Assembly (NCBI RefSeq): GCF_006345805.1
Contig: NC_042999.1
Location: 66,712,001-66,776,000, forward strand
From: Octopus sinensis
Lineage: Eukaryota
Direction: 5' to 3'
DNA length: 64,000 nucleotides
The position numbers and the translations under genes are program-made. The stretch's first letter is position 1, and each line of letters begins with the position of its first letter. This document shows, in pieces, positions 25,651 to 37,514 of this stretch. The notes under the pieces are model-generated. The model ran no database searches, was not told the origin of the DNA, and saw only the letters and a list, made by a program, of their open reading frames with translations.

Positions 25651-26114
25651 AATACAATGTACATTTAAACACATAAGGACTCCACTCGTGGGATTCAACA
25701 TGTTAGAAAGAACAGATAGGTTCTATAACCACAAACTTGATTAAGTATTGTAAGTTTTTGGATAATTTTCGGATTTTAAAAGTTGGCATTTTCCTATTGC
25801 CGACGAGGGGATACGTCTGCGCAGTATATTTTGAAAATAATAGGATATATAAAGAAGGGGCACATAGTTGATTGCCTCATGTTTTATATATTTAATCTAA
25901 AGTGTACCTGTTGACGAAGATTTGACCTAGCGAATACTGTTTTTTTTTGCTAAACTAAAATCAGAAACCAATTGCTCCAGGAATCTAGATGGTAAAAGTT
26001 ATTATTTTTTCATTTCGTCCCTGTCGGATTTTGTGGTTATAGAACCTAGCTTTTCTTTCTAGCGTGTTGAATCCCACGAGTGGATTCCTTGTGTGTTTAA
26101 ATGTACACTGTATT
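25651..26114. mobile_element. Element with ~85 bp terminal inverted repeats enclosing a decayed hammerhead homologous to the retrozyme motif
   Basis: TIRs 25651-25735 and 26030-26114. Internal cctg-TTGACGA-a-gat..atc-a-GAAA-ccaattgctc-cagg (25907-25982). A left-TIR homolog also occurs at ~19107-19170. Confidence 0.65.
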
Positions 26115-26225
26115 TTATGAGTAATACATAGTCTTTGGACTAAATTTTTACACGGTAGGCCACTGGAAGTGAACATTTCTATTTATTTCCATTTCCCTTT
26201 GATATGATTAAGTATATATATATAT

Positions 26226-26272
<47 letters not shown>

Positions 26273-26275
26273 TAT

Positions 26276-26325
<50 letters not shown>

Positions 26326-26369
26326 TATACATATATATATATATACGAATATATATGTGTATATATACG

Positions 26370-26700
26370 TGACACAACGTTGGCTACGACAACGAGGGGT
26401 TCCAGTTGATCCGATCAGCGGAACAGACTGCTCATGAAATTAACATGTAAGTGGCTGATAACTCCACAGACACGCCTACCATGAACGTAGTTCTCGGGGA
26501 GAGAAATACAGATACAAGAGAAAGAGGAAGAGGAAGAAGAGTGAAGGTTGCGGTAAAAGAGTACAGCAGAGTTCGCCACCTAACCCTGCCAGAGCCTCCC
26601 GGGGCTTTAGGTGTTTTCACTCCGTAAAAACTCACAACGCCCGGCCTGGAAATCGAAACCACGAGCCCGTTGCCCTAACCACTGAGCCATTGTGCCTGCA
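26370..26700. mobile_element. Composite of two SINE fragments
   Basis: The left part matches the 20497 family and the right part matches the 21492 family, including the tRNA-like head on the minus strand. Confidence 0.65.
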
Positions 26701-26727
26701 CTATATATATTTTATATATAAATATAC

Positions 26728-26770
<43 letters not shown>

Positions 26771-26839
26771 ATATATATCTAAGTATATGCATATATACAT
26801 ATATGTACATACCTACATATATATGTATATATACATGCA

Positions 26840-27660
26840 TATATGGGTACGGGACATCAAAAAAAAACGTTGAACACAATGAGAAATGAAAACATAAAAA
26901 CAAAAACATAGAAAACAAACTCTTTTTCGAACAACGAAAAAAACAAACAGAGAAACAAGGCATACAACATAATGAATATTCCCCTTCATCAGTTGTCCCT
27001 GTTTCATCTACGCCGCGTTTCGGAGGCAAGGACAATACGCGACTTCGTTTAAACAGTCCTTCCCGAAAAAAAATTAAATTAAATTTGGGATTTTTTGCGG
27101 AGGGTGAGAGTTGTAACAAGAACAGGACAGTGAATATAAGATAGTAAAAACAAATGGTGAGGGCTGTTAAGCCAAGACGTTAGAAAAATTATTATGAACG
27201 CTAGGAGAACGAGCTTATGAGAGGAGGCAGGTATAAGCACGTGTTGTCTTTAGGAAGGAAATAGGCAGAAAGACAGATTCTCTTTCGTCGCGTGCCAGCG
27301 ACGAGATAGTCAAGGAGGATGAATGAGAAAGAGGGAACGGTGAAGGGAAGAGGAGACGAATAGGGAAAGGTGGGAGAAAAAACCAGAAAGGATGAAGAAC
27401 AAGAGAGGGAGAACCAAAAGTGACGGAGAGTGTTGGCCAGCATGTTTATGCTAAAATAAGAGTTGAATGAACTAAAACACTCCAATTTGATGAGTGACAA
27501 AGTTGTTTACACTTACACCGTTTAAAAAAATCAGCATAGGATTTAAACAGTTTTTCTTATATGATTGACAAAGGAAATTGAGTTTAACCCTAGGCGTTAA
27601 AGCCCGCTGATGAGAATTAAGCCGTCAACATCACGATTTGGAACCTCGATACGGCCTTGT
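26840..27660. mobile_element. Penelope-derived non-autonomous repeat with hammerhead-like remnants
   Basis: CTGATGA and GAAACGCGGCGTA motifs on the minus strand at ~26985-27025; degenerate type I layout agcccg-CTGATGA..cggcct at 27601-27658. Confidence 0.4.
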
Positions 27661-27733
27661 AGGACTTATCTCAATTTGTACATAGATACATGCACATACA
27701 TAAGTATGTGTGCATACACACACACACACACAT

Positions 27734-27827
<94 letters not shown>

Positions 27828-27830
<3 letters not shown>

Positions 27831-28055
27831 CACCGTGATCACGGTGACCGACCAGGCTATCAAGCGTTGCTACACATCGATGGTTACAATGCGCATTGTT
27901 TTAGCCTTCAAATGACGCCACCCTGCTGGCTAAGTGAGCAGGCCAACAGAAGAAAGAGTGAGAGAAAGTTGTGGCGAAAGTGTACAGCAGGGATCGTCAC
28001 CACTCCCTGCCGGGGCCTCGTGGAGCTTTAGATGTTTTCACTCAATAAACACTCC
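27828..28055 (-). mobile_element. SINE, 5'-truncated
   Basis: Matches the body of the 21492-21785 SINE. Confidence 0.8.
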
Positions 28056-28185
28056 CAAGCGGAATTTTCCTTGTATTGTTTGTCCTGTACTCTATTTTTT
28101 CGTTGTTTAAAAAAAGTCCGTTTCCTTGTTTGATTTTATGTTCTCGTCTCTCGTTGTGTTCTACGTTTATTTGTGGTATCCTGTA

Positions 28186-28267
<82 letters not shown>

Positions 28268-28391
28268 TGTATATATACATGTAGAGGTAAGTATGTACAT
28301 ACATGTATGTATATATATTTTATTTATTTATTATATTACTAAATGACCGAACGCACGCGTTATTTCTCTTCTCCAAGTTTTTATATGTATA

Positions 28392-28428
<37 letters not shown>

Positions 28429-28431
<3 letters not shown>

Positions 28432-28556
28432 GGTGTCCCAAAAAATGTATACACATAGTGGTTCGGCAAAAGAGAACGATAGAATAGTACTAGGCTTACA
28501 AAGATAACAAATTTACAATTATTTAAGGTGTGTATACATTTTTTTGGGACACCCTG
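28429..28556. mobile_element. 128 bp Tc1/mariner-type MITE
   Basis: TIRs CAGGGTGTCCCAAAAAATGTATACAC / GTGTATACATTTTTTTGGGACACCCTG flanked by TA; the interior contains a SINE fragment. Confidence 0.85.
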
Positions 28557-28565
28557 TATATATAC

Positions 28566-28603
<38 letters not shown>

Positions 28604-29075
28604 TCATACATACGAGACAAGCAGTTGATAATGGTTATTATATATTTTTCCCTCAAAGTAATAAATTTGACTTATGACTGTTTTCTAGGATGTCTACTGG
28701 AAACAGCTGTAGCTCCAATTTGCTGCAACTAAAATGTAATGACCATTATTTATATATTGCCTTGCATGTATCAATTTTTTTAAATAGACGGTAAATTCGA
28801 TGCACAGCAACGGATTTACAAAATAGTGTGGTGGTGAACTATAACCTCGGATTCTGCCATAACAATAGGTGGAGTTCTTTATTGATCTAAGCGAGAAATT
28901 ATGGAGCATTTTGTCAGGATTGATAATTCCCCACCAATAATTCTGTTTTAACATATACATGTATACACACACATAGATATACTTACATACACACACGCAG
29001 ATATTTATGCATGTATATATACATACACACGCACACATATATATACGGCCGACCACATAGTGGCTTGCCCTCCAA

Positions 29076-29113
<38 letters not shown>

Positions 29114-29930
29114 CATATATCATAATGATATTTATTCTCCGATGCAAAGCGACAATTTTCAAACAAACAAATGACCGAAAAAATGATGATCTAACCTCAG
29201 GCTGAATCGAACTCACACACCGACGCTTTCATGGCTCCTTGCGAATGTGATTGGCCAAACGCTTAGCCATCAATTTCAGTCAAATTTAGTTAAGTTATTG
29301 TTTAGTATACATACATATGGGTATGTGTGAGTGTGTGTGTGTCTGTCTGTCTCTGTGTCTGTGGAGATATATATCTGTGAATTAAATTGAGAGTTTGTGT
29401 TTCAGAATATTATGTTTAGTTCTACGAATTGTATTTACATAGCCGTGCGATAATCACAGTCACACTAAAAGAACAATCGATCATTGTCTGATATTGGCCA
29501 ATGAAAGGATAGATGTAACCAATGTATTCGAATGGAAAGGAGGAAATTGTAGGAAAATAAATTTAAGACATTATTGGTGAAATAAAAGCGTTTCAAGTGG
29601 ACATCGAGATGTGATCTGTTGGAGCAGACATGAATAGGAAACAATAATTGTGAAGAAAACAAACTAAACTGAATGGATTGATTAAGGATTATACTGAGAT
29701 ATTTGTATTTATTAGAGGAATGTCATGTTTAGGGAATCTTTTAACAGAACATTCTAGTGAATATTATGGTTCATATATATCGGAGGACAATGGGCAGTGA
29801 TTCTCAAGAAAATTGATTCAAGAGAGTTATAAATATCTTGCACCAAAACTAGATGCACAATTAATCATATTACGAATCCTTAGACAAGGGTCGAAAAATC
29901 ATTTAAATAATGGGATACTAGTCTTCTTAC

Positions 29931-29991
29931 CTTTCGTCAAGGCACTCATCACGTATATTCTCAAGATGAGTTGAAAGGATGTAGAATTCGT
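29931..29991 (-). pseudogene. CRP3 signal-peptide exon remnant (start codon ACG; TNSTSFQLILRIYVMSALTK)
   Basis: Exact 61-nt homolog with intact acceptor (CAG, 30001-29999) and donor (GTAAG), but ATG to ACG and polar substitutions in the hydrophobic core. No mature exon found downstream. Confidence 0.78.
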
Positions 29992-30115
29992 GATGAACCT
30001 GTAAAATTTATAAATATCAACATATATAGAGATATGTAAACACATATAAAGATTTAGATACATACATAGGTATTATGTTTGATGTGTGTCCATACATATA
30101 CAAACACATGATATA

Positions 30116-30151
<36 letters not shown>

Positions 30152-30155
<4 letters not shown>

Positions 30156-30298
30156 AATTAGAATAAAAAAACACTTTTTATCAATTCAACAATGAAAAAT
30201 TAAATTATACCATTTAGAAAAATTACATATAATATTTCTATAATTTTTCTAAATTTAATTTTTCATTATTGAATTGGTAAAAAGTGGGTTTTCTTCTA

Positions 30299-30305
<7 letters not shown>
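30152..30305. repeat. Imperfect AT-rich hairpin/palindrome between (TG)n and (TA)n tracts
   Basis: tataaattagaa..cactttttatcaattcaa..tgaaaaattaaatt mirrored by its reverse complement. Confidence 0.7.
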
Positions 30306-30366
<61 letters not shown>

Positions 30367-30606
30367 TATATTTTGTTAAATTTGATTTAGTATTTCTAAA
30401 TTGAATTTTCCCCTGTAAGTTTGGAATAATATTCCCTCATATTGTTATTATACATATATATATTGAACCCTTTGAACTTTTCTTAACTTGTACTTTCTGC
30501 TTTTTCCTATTGTCATTTCCTCCTACTCTGGTTGCTCTGGTTGTCCATGATAGATCGCTAGCCACTACACATTCTTTATTTTCTAGCCCTGTTTTTTTCT
30601 GTGTTC

Positions 30607-30642
30607 CTTTCTGTAGAAGAGCACAGGCTCGAAATGTTAAAG
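30607..30642 (+). ncRNA. Decayed minimal hammerhead ribozyme motif
   Basis: CTTT-CTGTAGA-A-GAGC-acag-GCTC-GAAA-TGTT-AAAG: helices I and II pair, core has A6 to T, helix III palindrome is mutated. Confidence 0.5.
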
Positions 30643-31404
30643 ACGTTTTCAGTTCCAGAGCATTAAACTAATGCATCTCTTTGTTGTCTACACCACCTGT
30701 CTCCGTCTTTTGTTTTTGGGGATTTTTTTTGTGAATTCTCCCTATATATGTGGTATGACGACCTAATTAGCATCTGACTTAACTCACCGATTTCATAGAT
30801 TTGAATTTTGAATACAAGAAAATAGTTATATAATTTCGATTTATATTCTATAGATTATCCACGATTAAGTGTGAATTAATGATTTTGTTTCCGTCAACTG
30901 AACCATTACATACAAAGAACGTTGATATGCAAATATAAATTCATGAAACAATTCTACAAGACAGCTATATGTTTAAAACTTTTAACATATGTAGATTAAG
31001 GTTTTAAAAACTTTACAAATGCATACGTAACAATGTATTTGAAGATCGCAAAATAAAGCTAGTAAAAACTTCATCACAAAATTTAAGCATGTTAACTCCA
31101 GTAAATAGTATATAAGCTATTAACAATTTACTAAGTATATGAAGATGTAGCTGCTATACTAGGGGCGCACAAATATTTTCCACATACCAGCCTGTATAAA
31201 TAAACATTTCAGATCACATCATGGAAGCAAACCTTCTGCTGAAGCGTCAGTGAGTGTTAACTCACAGACACGCTTTGGCTGCTACTACTACTAATACAAC
31301 AACCACGTCTACTTATGCGCAACTAGTACGTTTACCAATACTACTACCAAATTCTGTACTACAATTACCCACTACTACTAACACGGTTGCCACTGCTGCT
31401 TCTG

Positions 31405-31465
<61 letters not shown>

Positions 31466-32049
31466 AGTGTCTTAACTCTTACAAAAATGTGAAGCATTAT
31501 ATCCATAACCCAATACATGTTGAAATTCCAGTCTGCATTGTGTTTCCATAGACAGATGAAGAAATCCTTTCACTACACTAGGCAACAAGGATTTTATTAC
31601 GGGAGACCGAATGGGTGTTCCTAGCTAATTTCGGTCAAATCTACGATTACATTTTTTCTACTGAGTTTAGATTATCGTGTAAAAGGCGAATCAGTAAAAT
31701 TTACAACCACGTCTAGGTTTTCATTTTAATCGGCTTAATGCCAGTAATATAAAGTTTAAAACAATTTTGGTTTGCCAACTATATACATATTCTGACGATT
31801 TTGATCAATAAAATTTGTTCTGAGTTGGCAACACCTAGTGAAGAGCATTGTAAAGGCCGAACAGTCAGTCACTAGCTGGCAGTCATGTAGAGCGGTTGTT
31901 GAATCTCTCTGCTGGTAAGCAAATAACAAGCTGTGTAAACTTGAGTGTTTTTATAGCAATTATTTTGAACTGTAGTATGTATTTGTTTCTATTTTGTTCT
32001 TCGTTTATTATTTCTTTCTCCATTTCTTTGTGATATTGTATGGTAATTA

Positions 32050-32350
32050 AAATGCAATCAAGGAAACGTGCTTGTGAAAATTCTCCAGACAACTTTTGCT
32101 ATATCTATGGACAATATACACCTTAGCCAGAGCGTAGAAACATATCAACGAAGATTAAACTTGCCTACAAGTATTATTTTGACGGTAAGTTTGGAGATCA
32201 AAAGAAGAAGTGGGCACCAAATATTTGCTATGCGCAATGCACTGCATTGTTAATACTTTGGATGGAAAGTAAAAGAAAAATCTATGCTGTTTTCAGTCAC
32301 TTCAATGGTTGTTATTTCTCTTTGACATACATTTGGATTCACAAAGAAAA
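32050..32350 (+). mobile_element. Chapaev3/CMC-type DNA transposase N-terminal fragment (pseudogenised)
   Basis: My translation from 32051: MQSRKRACENSPDNFCYIYGQYTP*PERRNISTKIKLAYKYYFDGKFGDQKKKWAPNIC, matching the CxNSPDNFCYICG..AY..YFG..GDQDKxWAP motif I recall from this transposase family. Subterminal-like sequences lie at ~31620 and ~32410. Confidence 0.7.
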
Positions 32351-32750
32351 CAAATAAAGAATTCATGACACACAAATATCGGTTACACAAAGTCTGAACA
32401 TAATAGAGAAATTTAGATATCGGATTAGAATTTCGCATCTGGAATTTGGTAGGAATCAATAATTTACGTGTCTGTAACAAAACAGAAGTAAAACTTTCTT
32501 GCCGCGTATTATACACAGACCTTATGCAACCATTCTTTACTGATTCAGAATTTAATACGGTCGCTACTTTAACATCAGTGACAGATCTGTTTACTTCATA
32601 TATCTTAATTCTACATCCAAACGCGGATATTTGAGACCCTAATTAAAAGCTCATGCAGCGACTTGCTGCAACAGCTATCTTCTTGCAATATATTTGTCAC
32701 TTTTACTTCTTATAAAGTGGGTTGTTCTCTTTAGACATTCATGCAGTGTA

Positions 32751-32757
32751 TTATATA
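32751..32757 (-). promoter_or_regulatory. Paralogous TATA box upstream of CRP3
   Basis: cttgccgtagaaaTATATAA, within a ~600 bp module homologous to 16830-17300 and 23720-24290. Confidence 0.45.
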
Positions 32758-33365
32758 TTTCTACGGCAAGTCCAACAATTGTATCCAGCCCTTCCATCTA
32801 CGTGTCTCCTGTGATTCGTTCATACTAAGAGCATAATATAAGCTGTCTAATCTTAGTTCCACTGAATTTCAAACATCTAATATTCTCTCCACATCATTGT
32901 CATGATATGAATGTTAAACACATATATCTAACCAGAATGGTCGCACCTACGGACGCGAAAAGTATTGAAGCCTGTTCAAAATTACTACATTGTTTTATAT
33001 AGTCCTCGAATCTATAGATATTACAAACGTTTATATTTCAAACATGCTGTCAATCTCACTTTATAGCAAGTGTATGACAATCGTTCTGTGTTAGTCTCAT
33101 ACATGCTGCATATTAAATCCCGTCATTATAGATGTCCTTAATCTGGACTTGGTATATTGAAAACCTACAATCTACGAAGCTCTTGTTGAAAATGAAACAT
33201 AAACGAGGTAAAGACAAATTTAATTTACCGAGATAAGTTCTGCTGGCTAAGGAAAAATAATAACGTCCGGCGAATAATAATATATCAATTCAAGCACTTC
33301 CAGAACAAAGACTTCAAATAATTACACACAAGCGCACACAGACACGTATATATACACATATAGGT

Positions 33366-33404
<39 letters not shown>

Positions 33405-33405
<1 letters not shown>

Positions 33406-33604
33406 ATTCTTTTATTCCTTTCTGTCATTTGACTGTGGCTATGCTGAAGCACCGCCTTTGGTCGAACAAATCAACACCAGCACTTATTCCTTGTGATCCT
33501 AGTACTTATCCTATCGGTCTCTTTTTGCCGAACCGATAAGTCACGGGGACGTAAACACACCAGCATGGGTTGTCAAGTGATCATGGGGATACAAACATAG
33601 ACGC

Positions 33605-33644
<40 letters not shown>

Positions 33645-33790
33645 AGTTTCAGTCTACCAAATCCACTCACAATGTTTTGGTCGGCCCGAGGCTATACTAG
33701 AAGAGACTGGCCCAAGGCGCCACGCAGTGGGACTGAACCCCCAACCATGTGGCTGGTAAGCAAGCTACTTACCATAAAGCCATGCCTGCA
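33405..33790 (-). mobile_element. Near full-length SINE (same family as 25113-25526)
   Basis: Head, (CA)n spacer and 3' body all recognisable. Confidence 0.85.
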
Positions 33791-33806
33791 TCTATATATA
33801 TATAAT

Positions 33807-33857
<51 letters not shown>

Positions 33858-34271
33858 ATTGCAGCGTGGAAGGGGTGTTGTAAACCATTCGAGAACACAC
33901 ACAAACAATTAATTTCACTTCAACATTTAAATTTCATTTCTGTGAAATTGTTCTCGACACTTTGAAACTTGGACCTGTTTACTGAGAAATCTTCGTGCTG
34001 CAGAAATGAGGTTAGTGTTGCAAAGGGAAGCCATCCTTCCCGTCTTCAACTTATGATACACACGAACTCGATGGCTTCCCTTTGCAAATACTGATAGGGC
34101 ACAGAAAGTGTGTCTATAGCCAGCTGGAGGAGGTGTCCTCCTGGGGCTACAAACTACAGTAGCATCCATCTATATATATACGTCTATATATATATATATA
34201 TATATATATAAATGGCGGTGCCCCAGCATGGCCACAGCTCATGAGCTGAAACTAGAATCAATCAATCAATC

Positions 34272-34307
<36 letters not shown>

Positions 34308-34396
34308 ATATACATACATATACATACATATACCTATCACAGCTGCATCCTTGTTACACGAGAAAAGCCATTGCCAAGAAGACTTACTGAAATGAT

Positions 34397-34702
34397 TCAT
34401 GGTTGTTGCCATGTGATGGATGCCCTTATATGAGTTTTAAGCCCGGCCAAGCTTTTACCCATCTTATTACATACTAGACAACTGTGCTGGCTGGCAGGAG
34501 AGACAGGTGCCACGATATGCACTCTCTTAGCATGTCTTTTTAGACCTCGAAATGAGAGGCACACCCTTCCACATTTTACACACGTTCTGTTATGAATTTT
34601 AATAGTCACATCATTGTTTATCATGGGTCGATTTCTATGAGAATTTTGATAGCTTACCAGGCATGCACGACTCAAAAACCTCCGCCCACAAACCACACAC
34701 AA
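34397..34702 (-). mobile_element. Degenerate triple C2H2 zinc-finger fragment, probably the C-terminus of an RTE-clade LINE ORF
   Basis: CVVCGRRFLSRACLVSYQNSH / CVKCGRVCLSFRGLKRHAKRVH / CLVCNKMGKSLAGLKTHIR. No TGEKPY linkers; the S.AGL..H.R pattern is typical of RTE termini. Confidence 0.5.
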
Positions 34703-34760
34703 AAATGCAACACTCTCTCACTTTCCACATGTTTACACTTCTACACACAAACACACAGAC

Positions 34761-34762
<2 letters not shown>

Positions 34763-34842
<80 letters not shown>

Positions 34843-34868
34843 ATTGATAGAGAGAGAGGGGTAGATAG

Positions 34869-34903
<35 letters not shown>

Positions 34904-35008
34904 CAGGCAGATTGACAGACGGACAGACAGACAGACAGACAGACTGACAGACAGACAGACAGACAGGCAGACAGACGGATAGATAGATAAATAGATAGAT
35001 AGATAGAT
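34763..35008. repeat. (GATA)n/(GACA)n microsatellite
   Basis: Directly visible. Confidence 0.95.
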
Positions 35009-36512
35009 ATGTTTCTTTATTAGCCACACAGGGCTGCACACAGATAGAACAAATTACAAGGTAGAGCTTTTCTTTTGAAGGTAAAAAAAAGGGGGGGTGT
35101 TCGATCAAAAGGGATCGCAAAAGGAGAGAAAGAGGACAAAAAAAAGGGGGGTTAAAAAAAGGGGGAGAGGAAAAAAATTGATCAATAGGGATCGTTATCA
35201 CAGAAATGTCAATATGAAGTGTAAAGGGGAGGACAGGTGAGGTTTACCCGTGGAAAGAAAAGCCTACGGAAAAGACCACGGTAACCTCGGTCAATGAAGT
35301 CACACGTTATATTTCTTTCTTTTATTTTTTTTTTTTGCAAATAAGCAACTCTCTGTATTAATTTTTATGGTTCATAGAATCATAGTCAAGGTGGCTTCGT
35401 CATTCATACGTGCCATCCTTGCTACATTCACCCATCTTTTTTTAAAACATTCACTAGACAAAACTTGCCTCTCTACTCTCACTTTCCTCCTCAAGTGATA
35501 CTTGAAGAAGTTGATGAGAGATTGACCAGAGAGGAAAGTGTTTGTCTCTAATCCTTTCAGATACATTCTTTCGCCATAGCCACAAGTATGATAAAAATAG
35601 CTCTTCCTTCCCGTTTGAAGGAAGGAGGCGTGACGATATTAACGATAGACTCGGCTGATAAACCGACACGTCCCACACGTGACAGCAGTCGTTCGACATA
35701 AGCCCACAGGTGGGAAATTGCTGGACACTGCACGATTGCGTGCAGAGCGGTTTCGTCGCTCTGCCCGCATCTCGGGCAGGTCGGCCCCGTGTTTCTCGAG
35801 CCATGCCTATAGAGCTTATCCCGAACGGGTAGCGCTTCTCGGTAGCACCGCCAGGCCAGGGATCTCTGGAAGTTGTCCATAGGTCCCGGGCCGAAAGTCG
35901 TTTGAAACAGGCGGGTCAGGTATTCCTCGTCGACGCCCAGGTTTGCCCCGAGATCGTCGTCGTACCTCCCCTCCACTAATCCCCTATAGAATGCTTTGGT
36001 TGTGTTGAAGTCACTCAAGGTCGACCCGGGACGGCAGAGTTGCTTGAGAGCAACGCGACACTCGCGGTGCCATTCGCCCTTCCTCGGCCTCTTTTTGATC
36101 CACGACTGCAGTTCGGTCATGGAGACAAGTTGCGGGAATGCGTGCCTCACAAACGGCGACCACACCTGTTCACCGTCGTCTACATAGAGCCGGAGATGTC
36201 GCAGTCTCAGCGCGTGTCTGCGCATCATCAACCACGGCATGCCCAGCAATCCTTTTAACGGGTGTTGACAGCAAATGGATCGCCTGATCATCGGGACGCA
36301 TCCTTTCCACAAGAAGCGGAAGAGGATGCGTTCTAGTTTGGTGATGGTAGGGTCGGGACAAGGTACGACGGTCAGGCGGTAGTAGATGATGGACGCGATG
36401 TACGCGTTCGCCACCTCCGCCCGACCTTTTAGGGACAGTTTCCTCTCGGCCCATTGCTGGGCGAGAGTGACCACCCTGCTCGTTATCTCGTTCCAGTTCT
36501 TCTCCATTTGGT
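35009..36512 (-). mobile_element. 5'-truncated L1/Tx1-clade LINE (ORF2 C-terminal region + 3' UTR)
   Basis: W..RKLSLKGRAEVAN..IYYRL..FRFLWKG and zf-RVT-like PTCPRCGQSDETALHAIVQCP (ORF 35557-36618). The 3' UTR ends AATAAAGAAACA directly before (TATC)n. Confidence 0.88.
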
Positions 36513-36546
36513 AGACGGAAACACAAAGAAGTCCGTCGTATATAGG

Positions 36547-36577
<31 letters not shown>

Positions 36578-36768
36578 ATGTTTGTGTCTGTGTTTGTCCC
36601 CCTCGCATTGCTTGACAACCGATGCTGGTGTGTTTACGTCCCCGTCACTTAGCAGTTCGGCAAAAGCGACTGATAGAATAAGTACTGGGCTTATAAAGAA
36701 TAAGTCCCGGTGCTCCAGCATGGCCGCAGTGAAATTACTGAAACAAGTAAAAGAGTAAAAGAGAGTAA
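36510..36768 (+). mobile_element. 5'-truncated SINE abutting the Tx1 5' junction
   Basis: 3' half of the 25113 family with an agtaaaagagtaaaagag tail. Confidence 0.85.
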
Positions 36769-37276
36769 AACTGAAATCCAACCTCGGATTTACTAAATGG
36801 TATGGTAATGAACTATAACCCAGGACACTGCCATGGGAGTACATGGAGTTCGTTACTGGTCTAAACAACATCTTTAGCCTAGTGTGCTAACAGAGAGATT
36901 ATGAAGAATTTTGGTTGGATCGATAATCCCTCTCAAATGACTTTGTTTTAACATATACATATATGCGTACACGTACACACACGCACATGTACTATGAATG
37001 TATGTATGTACATCTATATATATATATATATATATGCATACATACATATATATAATATATATATATATATATTATATATATATATATATATAAAAGCATA
37101 TACATATATATATATATATATATATACATTACATATATATCTTTATGCATATATCTATATACATATATGTATATATATATGCATATACATATATATGCAT
37201 ACAAAATGTGACCGCGTGTGTATCGTTGGCGATTTTTTCCTCCGTCTTCCCTTCCTTGGATCTTTCCTTCTCTTAT

Positions 37277-37311
37277 GTTTCTGACGAAGGAATCCGCTCG
37301 AAACGTTAAGT
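37277..37311 (+). ncRNA. Minimal hammerhead ribozyme-like motif (helix II mutated)
   Basis: GTTT-CTGACGA-A-GGAA-tcc-GCTC-GAAA-CGTT-AAGT inside a short repeat (~37190-37405) also present in reverse at ~53495-53710. Confidence 0.5.
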
Positions 37312-37430
37312 CCTCCTACTTTCTTTCCTTTCCTGAGCGTCCAATAACACTATACTTGTTCAACGTCTTCGCGTTGTTGTGTTTTCATGTTTGGATTAAG
37401 TAACTATGCATATATGTATATATAAATCCA

Positions 37431-37507
<77 letters not shown>

Positions 37508-37514
37508 ATATATA

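Noticed and set aside
34397-34702. Host C2H2 zinc-finger transcription factor gene
   Set aside because: Fingers are degenerate, canonical TGEKPY linkers and exon context are missing, and the pattern fits a LINE C-terminus.
35557-36618. 353-aa ORF, the longest in the window
   Set aside because: It is a chimera: the N-terminus comes from the antisense strand of a SINE/microsatellite and the rest is a truncated Tx1 ORF2. Not a host gene.
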